This document shows, one piece after another, positions 39,982 through 49,005 of a stretch of DNA of 64,000 nucleotides (position 1 is the stretch's first letter; every line of letters begins with the position of its first letter). Below the pieces are notes generated by a model that was given only the letters and a program-made list of their open reading frames with translations, was not told the DNA's origin and made no database searches. The stretch spans positions 192,001 to 256,000 of the forward strand of contig CAWFJP010000002.1 of assembly GCA_963816145.1 (NCBI GenBank), in the 5' to 3' direction. Source of the stretch: an uncultured delta proteobacterium (GTDB lineage: Bacteria > Desulfobacterota > Binatia > UBA9968). Made by a program: the position numbers and the translations under genes.

Positions 39982-41254
39982 ATGATTACCAGCGAAGAAA
40001 ACCAACTGTTGACGCAAACCAACCATGGCACCCCTGCGGGAGAACTGCTGCGCCGCTATTGGCAGCCGGTGGCGTTGTCCGCGGAGCTGCCCATGGGCGG
40101 CGCGCCGCTATGCGTCAAGATTCTTGGCGAGACGCTGGCTTTGTTTCGCGACGATCAGGGGCGGATCGGCTTGCTCGGACTGCATTGCTCGCATCGCGGC
40201 ACGGATTTGAGCTACGGCCGCATCGAAGACGGTGGGCTGCGTTGCCTCTATCACGGCTGGCTCTACGATATTAACGGCCGCTGTCTGGAACAGCCGGGCG
40301 AGCCGGGCGGCGGCGCCAACCGCGACGCAATCAAGCATCGCGCCTACCCGTGCCAAGAAAAGGGCGGGGTGATTTTCACTTACATGGGGCCGGGCAATGC
40401 GCCGTTGTTGCCCAATTACGAATTTCTAAACCAGCCGCCCGGGCACTGCTGTGTCTACAAAGTTTTTCACCAGTGCAACTATCTTCAGGCCAACGAGGGC
40501 AACATCGATCCGGTGCACTTGTCGTTTCTCCACAAATTTCTCGAGCACAAAGACGAGCGCTACACCGGCGTGCGCGGCAGCGAGGAGTCGCACTATAACT
40601 TAATCGCCAAAGCCCAGCCGCCGGCGTTGGACGTCGAAGTCACCGACTATGGCGTGCGCATTTATTCCGTGCGCCAGATGGGCGAAGATAAAATTTACCT
40701 GCGCGTATCGAATTTTGTCTTGCCGAATCTGAGCACTTTCCCAGGTCAGACCGGCGGCCAAGGTTATGGCATCAACTGGCATGTGCCGATCGACGACACC
40801 CATCACTGGAAGTATTGTTTCTTCTTCAACCGCGAAGCGCCGCTCGATCAAGCGGTGGTCGACAAGGCGCTATCAGAAGTCGATGAACACTACCGGCCGG
40901 TGCGCAACGAGTCGAACCACTTCATGCAGGATCGTGAATCGATGAAAACGCAGACCTACACCGGTATGGGCAGCGGCTTTCAGACTCACGACGCCTTTGC
41001 CACCGGTAGTCAGGGCGCAGTGCAAGACCGCACACAGGAGCATATCGTTTCGTCCGACATCGCGATCGTGGCGGCGCGCAAGCTCATGGCAAAAGCCATC
41101 CGCGACGTTCAAGAAGGACGTGAGCCGCCACATGTGATGCGCACGGCCGGAGCAGAATAATTTAGCGCACCTGTTGGTGATTTCGGATTTGGTCGAGGGC
41201 GTGAGCGATTGGAAGGCTTATACTAGGCAACAGGCAACAGGCAGTAGGCAATAG
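39982..41254 (+). CDS. Rieske non-heme iron oxygenase (phthalate 4,5-dioxygenase-like); 1-nt frameshift near 41147
   Basis: CSHRG..CLYHGW Rieske motif and EGNIDPVHLSFLH; the C-terminus PEQNNLAHLLVISDLV...DWK continues in another frame to TAG at 41254. Confidence 0.88.
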
Positions 41255-41313
41255 TAAGCTTCCGGAATCTTTTTCCGTCCGAACTATTGCCTGTTGCCTC
41301 GTGCCTATTGCCT
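41224..41313. repeat. Heptamer (AGGCAAC) palindrome, same family as 28557-28650
   Basis: TAGGCAACAGGCAACAGGCAGTAGGCAATAG ... CTATTGCCTGTTGCCTCGTGCCTATTGCCT. Confidence 0.8.
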
Positions 41314-41318
41314 TCTTC

Positions 41319-41630
41319 TCAGGTTTTAAAATCCGGATACCCCGCCTTGGCGGCTTTGGCTTTGTAATCCGCCACAAGTTCGGGGCGAGCTTTCTCGTGT
41401 ATCCAGACCGCTTCGGTGAAGCTCCAGAGTGTGAACGGATGAGCGCCCAGAGCGTAAAGCTTGCCGTAGTCCTTGGTCGCCAGCGCTTCGCGTTCTTCCG
41501 CCGTCAATTTTAGCTTCTGAGTCTTTTCCCACTCTTCGACGAAGGCGCGCGGATTGGCGCAATACTTTTCTTCGGCTTTCTCGTCCATGTTGACGAGGTG
41601 GATCAGTTTGTTCATCAGGTATTTGCTCAT
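41319..41630 (-). CDS. LigA-like small subunit of extradiol ring-cleavage dioxygenase
   Basis: MSKYLMNK, LTAEEREAL..D..KLYALGAHPF pattern. Confidence 0.75.
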   Translation of the reverse strand: MSKYLMNKLIHLVNMDEKAEEKYCANPRAFVEEWEKTQKLKLTAEEREALATKDYGKLYALGAHPFTLWSFTEAVWIHEKARPELVADYKAKAAKAGYPDFKT

Positions 41631-41642
41631 GATCGCTCCCAA

Positions 41643-41915
41643 TTAGGCCTTGACCAGAGTCCAGATGCCGATACCGATAAAACCGATTCCCGCGATATAC
41701 TGCAAAGTTTTCTCACTCACGTACTGTGACATGATGGAGCCTGCGGCGACACCGATGGCGGAGGTGACGACGAGCGCAGCGGCGGCGCCGAGAAAGACTG
41801 TCAGTTTGCTGGTGTCCTTATCTGATGCAAACAACATGGTCGCGAGCTGAGTTTTGTCGCCAAGCTCGGCGATGAAGACGGAGGTGAATACGGTGGAGAG
41901 TATTTTTAGATCCAT
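41643..41915 (-). CDS. TMEM165/GDT1 (UPF0016) single-domain cation transporter
   Basis: AELGDKTQ signature and 3 TM helices. Confidence 0.9.
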   Translation of the reverse strand: MDLKILSTVFTSVFIAELGDKTQLATMLFASDKDTSKLTVFLGAAAALVVTSAIGVAAGSIMSQYVSEKTLQYIAGIGFIGIGIWTLVKA

Positions 41916-41933
41916 TAGCGGTTCTTTCGATGA

Positions 41934-42785
41934 TTAAGCCTTAGGTTGTTGGTCCCAGCTGAAAAACGGAATTGCCGGGAAGCCGGCGTCGAGTCCTTCG
42001 GCATACGATGGCTTGGCACTGTTGGCCAGCCCCATCATCATGATGAAGTTCAAATAACCGGTGGTCATATTGCCGTATTGGATGACTTTGTCCGGCGCGC
42101 AGGCTTCGGCCGCGGCGTCGATGTTGCCGTTGACGATCCAGCCGACCGCGTTGGCGTCGAAGGTGGGGTCGGTGAGCTTGGGTTCGAACATTTTCGGGCC
42201 GCCGATTTCCAGCGATAGATGGCCGCTGACCAGCACGCCGATTCTCTTGTTTGTCGGCAAACTATCGATGGCGGCACGCAGCGCTTTACCGACTTCGAAG
42301 TAGCGTTTGGGCCGCGGCATCGGCGGGGCAATGCAGTTGGTCAAGATCGGCACGATGGGGATATCCATCTCGGGACGGACGAACATCATCGGCACGATGA
42401 TCGAGTGGTCGATGGTTAACTCGTTGGAGTAGGAAAAATCGACGCCGCGGTCGAAGGCGCCTTCCATGATAGCGTCGGAGACGTCGAGATCGCCCTGAAG
42501 TTTGCACTTGGGTAAGCCAAACTCGCGCTCTTCGTCGTAGAAAGTGCCGTCGTACTGCTCCATCTTGCCGATCATGAACGCCGGCATGTTGTCCATGAAA
42601 AATTGATGCAGATGATCGTTGCCGATGCAGACAAGCACATCGACTTTGGCCTCGGCAAGTTTTTGGCGCATCATGGCGATACGTTCTTTGACTTTGGCGG
42701 CGCCGGGCGGCTGCTGCGGCTGCTGAAACAAACGCGGCATGAACGGATTGTGCGTGATGCCGATGATCGAGACGATCTGGGCCAT
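41934..42785 (-). CDS. LigB-superfamily (type II) extradiol dioxygenase catalytic subunit
   Basis: THNP, NDHLHQFF.DNMPAF.IG, IDHS and PIVPI motifs. Confidence 0.85.
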   Translation of the reverse strand: MAQIVSIIGITHNPFMPRLFQQPQQPPGAAKVKERIAMMRQKLAEAKVDVLVCIGNDHLHQFFMDNMPAFMIGKMEQYDGTFYDEEREFGLPKCKLQGDLDVSDAIMEGAFDRGVDFSYSNELTIDHSIIVPMMFVRPEMDIPIVPILTNCIAPPMPRPKRYFEVGKALRAAIDSLPTNKRIGVLVSGHLSLEIGGPKMFEPKLTDPTFDANAVGWIVNGNIDAAAEACAPDKVIQYGNMTTGYLNFIMMMGLANSAKPSYAEGLDAGFPAIPFFSWDQQPKA

Positions 42786-42864
42786 GGTTTCCTCCTAAGA
42801 ATGGTTCAATTGTTGTTTAGCACGATGACTTGATTGTGTAAACGGCGTGAGGAATTCGGATTTG

Positions 42865-43010
42865 TCTCTCGCAAAGGCGCAAAGCTCGCAAAGGTGACGG
42901 GCCGATGCCCATCATTCCGAACGAACGTGAGGGATCCAAGAAATTTTCTCCCTGCGGTCGAAATGACAGCATTTCCGAACTTAGCGTCTTTGCGCCTTTG
43001 CGGGAGAAAT
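42865..43010. repeat. Nested palindromic element, second copy of 16799-16985
   Basis: CTCGCAAAGGCGCAAAG..GGGCCGATG..GAGGGATC..TTCTCCCTGCGGTCGAAATGACA..CTTTGCGGGAG. Confidence 0.75.
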
Positions 43011-43012
43011 TC

Positions 43013-43279
43013 TTAACCCTTCTCTGGTTCTAGAATCATTTTGCCGATGATCTGATTATTCTCGACGATGCGATGCGCTTCAGCGGCTTGGCTCAGAGCC
43101 ATTTTGCGGTGGGAAATCGCTCGGATTTTGCCGGCGCGCACGATGCAATCAAGGGTTCGATTGACCGATACGGAATGAACTTTGATGACGATTTCGCCGA
43201 GTGCGGCTTTCGGTTCGGCGACCTCTTCGAGGCGCATGACATCTGGCGTGCCGAATTGTCTAATGACGATGGCTTTCAT
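43013..43279 (-). pseudogene. Internally deleted MDR/quinone oxidoreductase
   Basis: N-terminus MKAIVIRQFGTPDVMRLEEV... is fused directly to C-terminus LSQAAEAHR..ENNQIIGKMIL; 88 aa versus ~330 aa typical. Confidence 0.7.
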
Positions 43280-43317
43280 CTGAACGGGCAGCTGGCAAGT
43301 TTACAAAGACGTATTTC

Positions 43318-43398
43318 TCACCACGAAGGCACGAAGGACACGAAGGTTTCGGAAACTAAATCATTCCGAACTTCGTGCTCTTCGTGCCTTCGTGGTGA
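43318..43398. repeat. CACGAAG(G) nonamer-type palindrome
   Basis: CACCACGAAGGCACGAAGGACACGAAG ... CTTCGTGCTCTTCGTGCCTTCGTGGTG. Confidence 0.8.
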
Positions 43399-43559
43399 AG
43401 CTTGCGGGATGAATGGGGCAGCCAATTTTAAATTTGCAAATAAATTGCGCCTACCGCGAGGATGCTCAAGCATTGAAATACGAAGGTCATAAAATTCAAA
43501 CTTGCCCGTCTTGATCAGATCGTGCCGCTCTACTTATTACGAGTTCGCTGTCTTGCTCG

Positions 43560-44537
43560 TCAGCGCCCCATGGATTTGAAGAACCCAGACGCTTCGAGCT
43601 CGTTGTAAACCGAAGAGTCCATGAATTCTTCCGCTTTGTGACCCTTGGCCTTTGGGTCTGTTTCAAGCATCGACGCGAAAATATTATCAATCGCCTTCAC
43701 CGGCAATCTCGGCGGGCGTTCGATGAAGTTGGTCGCGTACTCATAGGAGGATTCCAAAGTCTCGCGGTCCTGCGTGCGCGTCCACTTGCCAATTGTTCGG
43801 ATAAATAGCTCCTTGTCGCGGAATAGGCGATCCACGGCTTCGCTATAGGCCATCAGAAATCGCTTTACGGTTTCGCGATCTTTTTTGATCGTCGAACGGG
43901 TCGAAACCAGGCTCGTTGTTGGATAATCGATCCCTTCCTTTGCGAAGTTGGCGAGGAGGGCGAATCCGGCTTTTTTGGCCTTGAAGTCAGCGGGTGACGA
44001 GAGAATGCCCCCCTGTATGACGCCAGCTTGCATGCCGGCAAGGATTTCCGGCTGCCCGCCCATGGCGAGAATCTTGACTTCACGATCCGGCTCCAAGCCA
44101 TATTTTTTGAGATAGGCGCGCAAACTCACGTCCGTCGACGCGCCATAGCGCGTAATTCCCAGGGCTTTGCCTTTCAGATCCTCAGTTTTTTTGATCGCCG
44201 GCTGCGTGATGAGATAGAACGACGGCACATTGACGACGCCGCCGATGACGACGATATCACCGCCCGCAAGATTGACGTTGACGATGTTACCGCCCGCGAG
44301 AGCCAAAGCGAACTCCCCGGCGATGATCGCCTGCGCCATTCGGCTGCCGCCCGCGACGTACACCGGATCGACAGTGAGACCGTACTTCTCGAAGATTTTT
44401 TCGTCCTTAGCCACATAAAAGCCGGTTTGCGTCGCGCTGATCGCGCTGTAGCCGGCGGCGATCCTTTTGGTTTGCGCCAGTGCATTGCCATGGCCAATCA
44501 ATAGCGCGAGGCTCAAAGAGACAAGAATTGGTTTCAC
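43560..44537 (-). CDS. NMT1/SsuA-like ABC substrate-binding protein
   Basis: Signal peptide, DLKGKALGITRYG and ELEASGF motifs. Confidence 0.88.
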   Translation of the reverse strand: MKPILVSLSLALLIGHGNALAQTKRIAAGYSAISATQTGFYVAKDEKIFEKYGLTVDPVYVAGGSRMAQAIIAGEFALALAGGNIVNVNLAGGDIVVIGGVVNVPSFYLITQPAIKKTEDLKGKALGITRYGASTDVSLRAYLKKYGLEPDREVKILAMGGQPEILAGMQAGVIQGGILSSPADFKAKKAGFALLANFAKEGIDYPTTSLVSTRSTIKKDRETVKRFLMAYSEAVDRLFRDKELFIRTIGKWTRTQDRETLESSYEYATNFIERPPRLPVKAIDNIFASMLETDPKAKGHKAEEFMDSSVYNELEASGFFKSMGR

Positions 44538-44719
44538 GACAGACCTCCTTTATGCCCAAAACTTCAAACCGAACTTGCGTACGCGGCTTACTACCATAAT
44601 GGGTTAGTCCAGCCAATATAGCCGCTAATATTGACTCAAACCAGCGGGAATTGTATGCCAGCCGAACGCGCCGGCAACAAATTGGCGTAAATCCAGCGCA
44701 CAGGGAGATTTGGCGAACT

Positions 44720-45913
44720 ATGACTGTTGCTGACATACAGGCTGCTAGCGAAAGTTGGAACATGCGGGTGATCGGCCACCATGACTTGAACGGTCATGGC
44801 GACGGTATGCAACTGGTCAAGCACGGGCGCTATATCTATCTCGCCCACCTTGGCACTTCGCCGATGGCATTGAGCATTCTCGACGTCGCGGAACCGAGCG
44901 AGCCGCGTTTGATCACCCAGATGCCGCACGCGGATAATACCCATGCGCATAAGGTGCAGATCGTCGGCGACATTCTGATTCAAAATCAGGAACGGCCTTA
45001 CTTCGACAAATCAGTTCCTGCCAGCGTGCCCAACGAGGCGGGCATCAAAATTTATTCCATCGAAAATCCGACGCAGCCGCGCGAGATCGGTTACTTGAAA
45101 CTGCCGGGCAAGGGCGTGCACCGCATGTGGTTCAGCGACGGCAAATACGCCCATGTCGGCGCTTACCTGCCGGGCATCGAGGAGCGCGCATACTTGATCG
45201 CGGATATTTCAAATCCGACCAGTCCCAAAGAAGCGGGGCGCTGGTGGATCCCCGGCACCAAGGAAGGCGAAGCGACGCCGGCGGATTGGACGCCCTTCGC
45301 CGGTGAACATTTCTACGTCCATGGGGCGATTCCCCATGGCGACCGTGCCTACGTGGCGCTGGTAGATGCTGGCATGGCGGTCCTCGACATCTCAGACATC
45401 ACCAAGCCGAAGACCATCAGCCACATCGACTGGAGCCCGCCCTTCGGCGGTTACGCGCACACGGCATTGCCGCTGCCGGGACGAAAGCTGGTCGTGGCCG
45501 TCGATGAATCGGTTAAGTATGACTGCAATGAAGGCGAGAAGCGGGTGTGGATCATCGACGTGCGCGAAGAGCGCAATCCGGTGATCGTCAGCACCTGCCC
45601 GGTGCCGCAGGGGGATTTTTGCAGCCGTGGCCTGCGCTTCGGCCCGCATAATGTGCACGAGAACCGGCCGGGGTCGTTTCAGAGTGAAAATATTATTTTC
45701 GTGACTTACTACAACGCCGGCCTGCGCGTGTTCGACATCCGCAATCAGTATCGCCCCGAAGAAGTCGGCTTCTTCATTCCGCCGGCGCCCGAGGGTCAGA
45801 AGGCGCCGATGTTCAACGATCTTTATGTCGACACCGATGGACTCATCTATGTTACCGACAGGATCAAAGGCGGCCTGTATGTGCTGGAGTACAGCGGGCC
45901 GAAGATACAGTAG
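44720..45913 (+). CDS. LVIVD-repeat beta-propeller protein
   Basis: Repeated ILDVAEP, IADISNP, VLDISD, IIDVRE and VFDIRN motifs; FGPHNVHE. Confidence 0.8.
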   Translation: MTVADIQAASESWNMRVIGHHDLNGHGDGMQLVKHGRYIYLAHLGTSPMALSILDVAEPSEPRLITQMPHADNTHAHKVQIVGDILIQNQERPYFDKSVPASVPNEAGIKIYSIENPTQPREIGYLKLPGKGVHRMWFSDGKYAHVGAYLPGIEERAYLIADISNPTSPKEAGRWWIPGTKEGEATPADWTPFAGEHFYVHGAIPHGDRAYVALVDAGMAVLDISDITKPKTISHIDWSPPFGGYAHTALPLPGRKLVVAVDESVKYDCNEGEKRVWIIDVREERNPVIVSTCPVPQGDFCSRGLRFGPHNVHENRPGSFQSENIIFVTYYNAGLRVFDIRNQYRPEEVGFFIPPAPEGQKAPMFNDLYVDTDGLIYVTDRIKGGLYVLEYSGPKIQ

Positions 45914-46057
45914 CAAGGGGTTTTGGCTGGAAACAACGCGATGGCATTAATAACAGAAAAATGGTTGACATAGATATTTTCGATGACAAAGTAGCGCCGT
46001 TAGATTTAGGCGGTGTCGAATCGGCTTAGCGAAAAGGCTTCAAGGGAGGTTGGTGAG

Positions 46058-47089
46058 ATGAATAAATATTTGATCTTGAGAATTTGGCTTATCGTATTCA
46101 TGGCGTTTGCTGCCTGGGGCGCTGCCGTCCACGCCGCCCCGCTTGACGACTTGATTGCCGGCGCTAAAAAGGAAGGCACCATCGAGTTCTACGGTCCTTC
46201 CACCCTTGGTCCTGAGGGCGCTCAAGCGATCGTTTCCGCCTTTAACAAGAAGTATGGTTTAAACATCAAAGTGAACTTTACTCCTTCCGGTAACATGACG
46301 CGGGATACCGCAAAAGTAATTGGCCTGTCAGCGTCAGGACAACCGCCGGAATGGGATATTATGGTCGTCACGGATGCCCATCACGGCTCGCTGTGGCTGC
46401 GAAAGTTGCAGAAGCCCTTCGATTACACCAGCATCGGTGTCGACAAGCAGCGAGTTGAATACGACAGCGGCACGGTTTCGGTCGCGAACCAGTTTGCTCT
46501 GCCGACCTATAACACAAAGCTGGTTGCGGCTAAGGATGTGCCACAAAAATGGGAAGACCTGCTCGATCCAAAATGGAAGGGCAAGCTCGGCGTGATCAAC
46601 TCGACCCACCACTTTGGTCGATTAGCGGCAGGCGCCTGGGGTGACGAAAAAACCCTCGATTTCGTTAAAAAGCTCGCCGCGCAAAAGCCGCTTTTAACCC
46701 GTGCTGGAGAAATGGCCCAACGATTGATCTTAGGCGAAGTGCTGGTGTCGGCGACCTTGCAAGACAGCCAACTGCACGAAGCCAAGGAGTCCGGCGCTCC
46801 GTTGGCTTTCGCTGAGAAGGTTTCTCCGGTGGTCTCGCCCGAGTATCACGTCGGTGTGATAAAGAATGCGCCGCACCCAAACGTCGGCCATCTAATGGTG
46901 GCTTTTATGGCTTCCGCGGAAGTTCAACCCGCGTGGCTGAAGTACACCGGCCATACCTCTGCCTATGTGCCTGGAACCGCGGCTTACAAATTCGTTCAGG
47001 GCAAGCAGGTGCTTTACATGAAACAAGACCAAGCCGCTGAAGTTGACAAAATTTCGCGCCAAATCGGCAAGATCCTCGGCTTTGATTGA
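46058..47089 (+). CDS. ABC transporter substrate-binding protein (Fe3+-type)
   Basis: AKKEG, WEDLLDPKWKG and NAPHPN motifs. Confidence 0.88.
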   Translation: MNKYLILRIWLIVFMAFAAWGAAVHAAPLDDLIAGAKKEGTIEFYGPSTLGPEGAQAIVSAFNKKYGLNIKVNFTPSGNMTRDTAKVIGLSASGQPPEWDIMVVTDAHHGSLWLRKLQKPFDYTSIGVDKQRVEYDSGTVSVANQFALPTYNTKLVAAKDVPQKWEDLLDPKWKGKLGVINSTHHFGRLAAGAWGDEKTLDFVKKLAAQKPLLTRAGEMAQRLILGEVLVSATLQDSQLHEAKESGAPLAFAEKVSPVVSPEYHVGVIKNAPHPNVGHLMVAFMASAEVQPAWLKYTGHTSAYVPGTAAYKFVQGKQVLYMKQDQAAEVDKISRQIGKILGFD

Positions 47090-47124
47090 CAACTCCGCCG
47101 CGCTGGCCTGCAGGAAGGACAGAT

Positions 47125-48885
47125 ATGAAGGTCGAGTCCCGCGCCGAATCGACGGAAGCCGCCTGGGAAGGCTGGAGCAGTTTTCTGCCCCAGCGGGTCT
47201 CGGTATTTGCCACAGGTCTCTCGGCGTTCTTGTTGCTGCTGATCGGGCTGCCGGTGTTGATGGTGATCCTCATGAGTCTTCGCACCGGCTTCCCGGGCGA
47301 GACCGTTCCCTTCACCCTGGAAAACTTCTCCACTGTTTACCTGGAGCCGCGAACCTATGAGGTGCTGTTGAATACCCTGTTCTTCGCGGTATCCAGCGTA
47401 ACCATCGCCCTTTTGATCACGGTTCCGCTTGTGTGGATTCTTATGCGGACGGATATCCCGTTCAAAAAAACCATCTATGTGTTGCTCACGGTTGGGATCC
47501 TGATCCCGGTCTTTCTGCGCACGATCGCATGGATCTTGCTGCTCAGTCCGAGGATCGGCTTGATCAACAAGTGGCTGCAACAACTCTTTGCCCTAAGCGA
47601 GCCGCCGTTCAATCTGTACAGCGTAACCGGTATGGCCTTCGTCCAGGGAGTGTCTTTCGTTCCCGGCGCGTTCTTCATGCTGGCCGCCGCCTATCGATCC
47701 ATGGACCCCTCGTTGGAAGAAGCGGCATACACTTCGGGGGTCGGCAAGCTCCGGACGTTTTTGAAAATCAATATTCCGATCACTTTGCCGGCCATTGCCG
47801 GTGTCATGGTGTACTTGTTTATGACCGCGATCGCGGTCTTTGAAGTGCCCGCAATCATCGGACTGCCGGCGCGTATTCACGTGCTTAGCTCGCTCATTTT
47901 TACCTCGACGACGCCCTCCACCGGTTTGCCGGATTACGGCATGGCGGGCGCTTATGGCGCGATCATGCTCCTGCTCGGGCTTGTGCTCGCCTATCTGTAT
48001 GTCCGATTGGTCAAGCAAGGAAAGAAGTATACGGTGATCACTGGGAGAGGGTATCGGCCGCGGGAGATCGCCCTCGGACCGTGGAAATGGGCGGCACTCG
48101 CCTTTGTTTTCTTTTATCTGTGCATCGAAGTTTTTGTCCCCTTCGCCGTGTTGTTGTGGGCCTCGGTCCTGCCTTATTTGCAATTGCCGAGCGCAGAGGC
48201 CTTGGCCAGCATGACGCTGAAACACTACCGGGAGATGCCTCAGTATGTCGGTCCGCAGCCGTTTATCAATACGTTAATCCTGATGGTAGCAGTGCCGACG
48301 CTGACGATGGTTCTCAGCGTGCTGGTTTCCTGGGTGGTGATTCGCACGCAAGTCTCGTTTCGCGGCTTGCTCGATACTCTGGCATTCATTCCTCATGCGG
48401 TGCCGGGAATCTTGATGGCGGTGGGGCTGGCTTATTTGGGCCTGGCCTATCGCGACATCTTTCCGATCTACGGCACGGTCCTGATCATTATTGTCGCGCA
48501 CACCATCAATTGGATCGCTTACGGCACGCGCACCACCAATAGCGTCATGATCCAGGTCCATCGCGAGCTCGAAGAGGCGGGCCGAGTCGCCGGCGCTTCG
48601 TCGTCACGGGTGTTGTGGAAGATAGTTTTGCCGTTGATCGCCGCGGGCGTGCTCAACAGCTGGGTCTGGATCGGCCTGTTGTCGTATCGCGAGGTGACCA
48701 TGGCGTTGACGCTCTACACGCGGGGTAACGTCGTGATTTCCACGGTGGTGTGGCAGTTCTGGGGCAGCGGCTGGGTACCGCAAGTGGCAGCCTTGGGCGT
48801 GGTCTTGATTCTTTTCGCCGCGCTGGTGGTCGGCGCCGTCCGTTTGGTGCTATCGCGCATCGGCGAGATCGGCGCCGCATCATGA
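47125..48885 (+). CDS. ABC transporter permease, fused double domain (FbpB-like)
   Basis: Two EAA motifs (DPSLEEAA and ELEEAG). Confidence 0.9.
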   Translation: MKVESRAESTEAAWEGWSSFLPQRVSVFATGLSAFLLLLIGLPVLMVILMSLRTGFPGETVPFTLENFSTVYLEPRTYEVLLNTLFFAVSSVTIALLITVPLVWILMRTDIPFKKTIYVLLTVGILIPVFLRTIAWILLLSPRIGLINKWLQQLFALSEPPFNLYSVTGMAFVQGVSFVPGAFFMLAAAYRSMDPSLEEAAYTSGVGKLRTFLKINIPITLPAIAGVMVYLFMTAIAVFEVPAIIGLPARIHVLSSLIFTSTTPSTGLPDYGMAGAYGAIMLLLGLVLAYLYVRLVKQGKKYTVITGRGYRPREIALGPWKWAALAFVFFYLCIEVFVPFAVLLWASVLPYLQLPSAEALASMTLKHYREMPQYVGPQPFINTLILMVAVPTLTMVLSVLVSWVVIRTQVSFRGLLDTLAFIPHAVPGILMAVGLAYLGLAYRDIFPIYGTVLIIIVAHTINWIAYGTRTTNSVMIQVHRELEEAGRVAGASSSRVLWKIVLPLIAAGVLNSWVWIGLLSYREVTMALTLYTRGNVVISTVVWQFWGSGWVPQVAALGVVLILFAALVVGAVRLVLSRIGEIGAAS

Positions 48886-48897
48886 GACATGATGCGG

Positions 48898-48986
48898 CAT
48901 TCCAGATTCCACGATTCCAGATGGGATACCTTTGGGGTGACGGTAGTTCGAAGGATTTGGCATTTGGAATCTGTAATTTGTAATTC
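48898..48986. repeat. Heptamer (ATTCCAG) palindrome inside the ABC operon
   Basis: CATTCCAGATTCCACGATTCCAGA ... TTTGGAATCTGTAATTTGTAATT. Confidence 0.7.
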
Positions 48987-49005
48987 CGAAGGCCAGTGAG
49001 GATGA

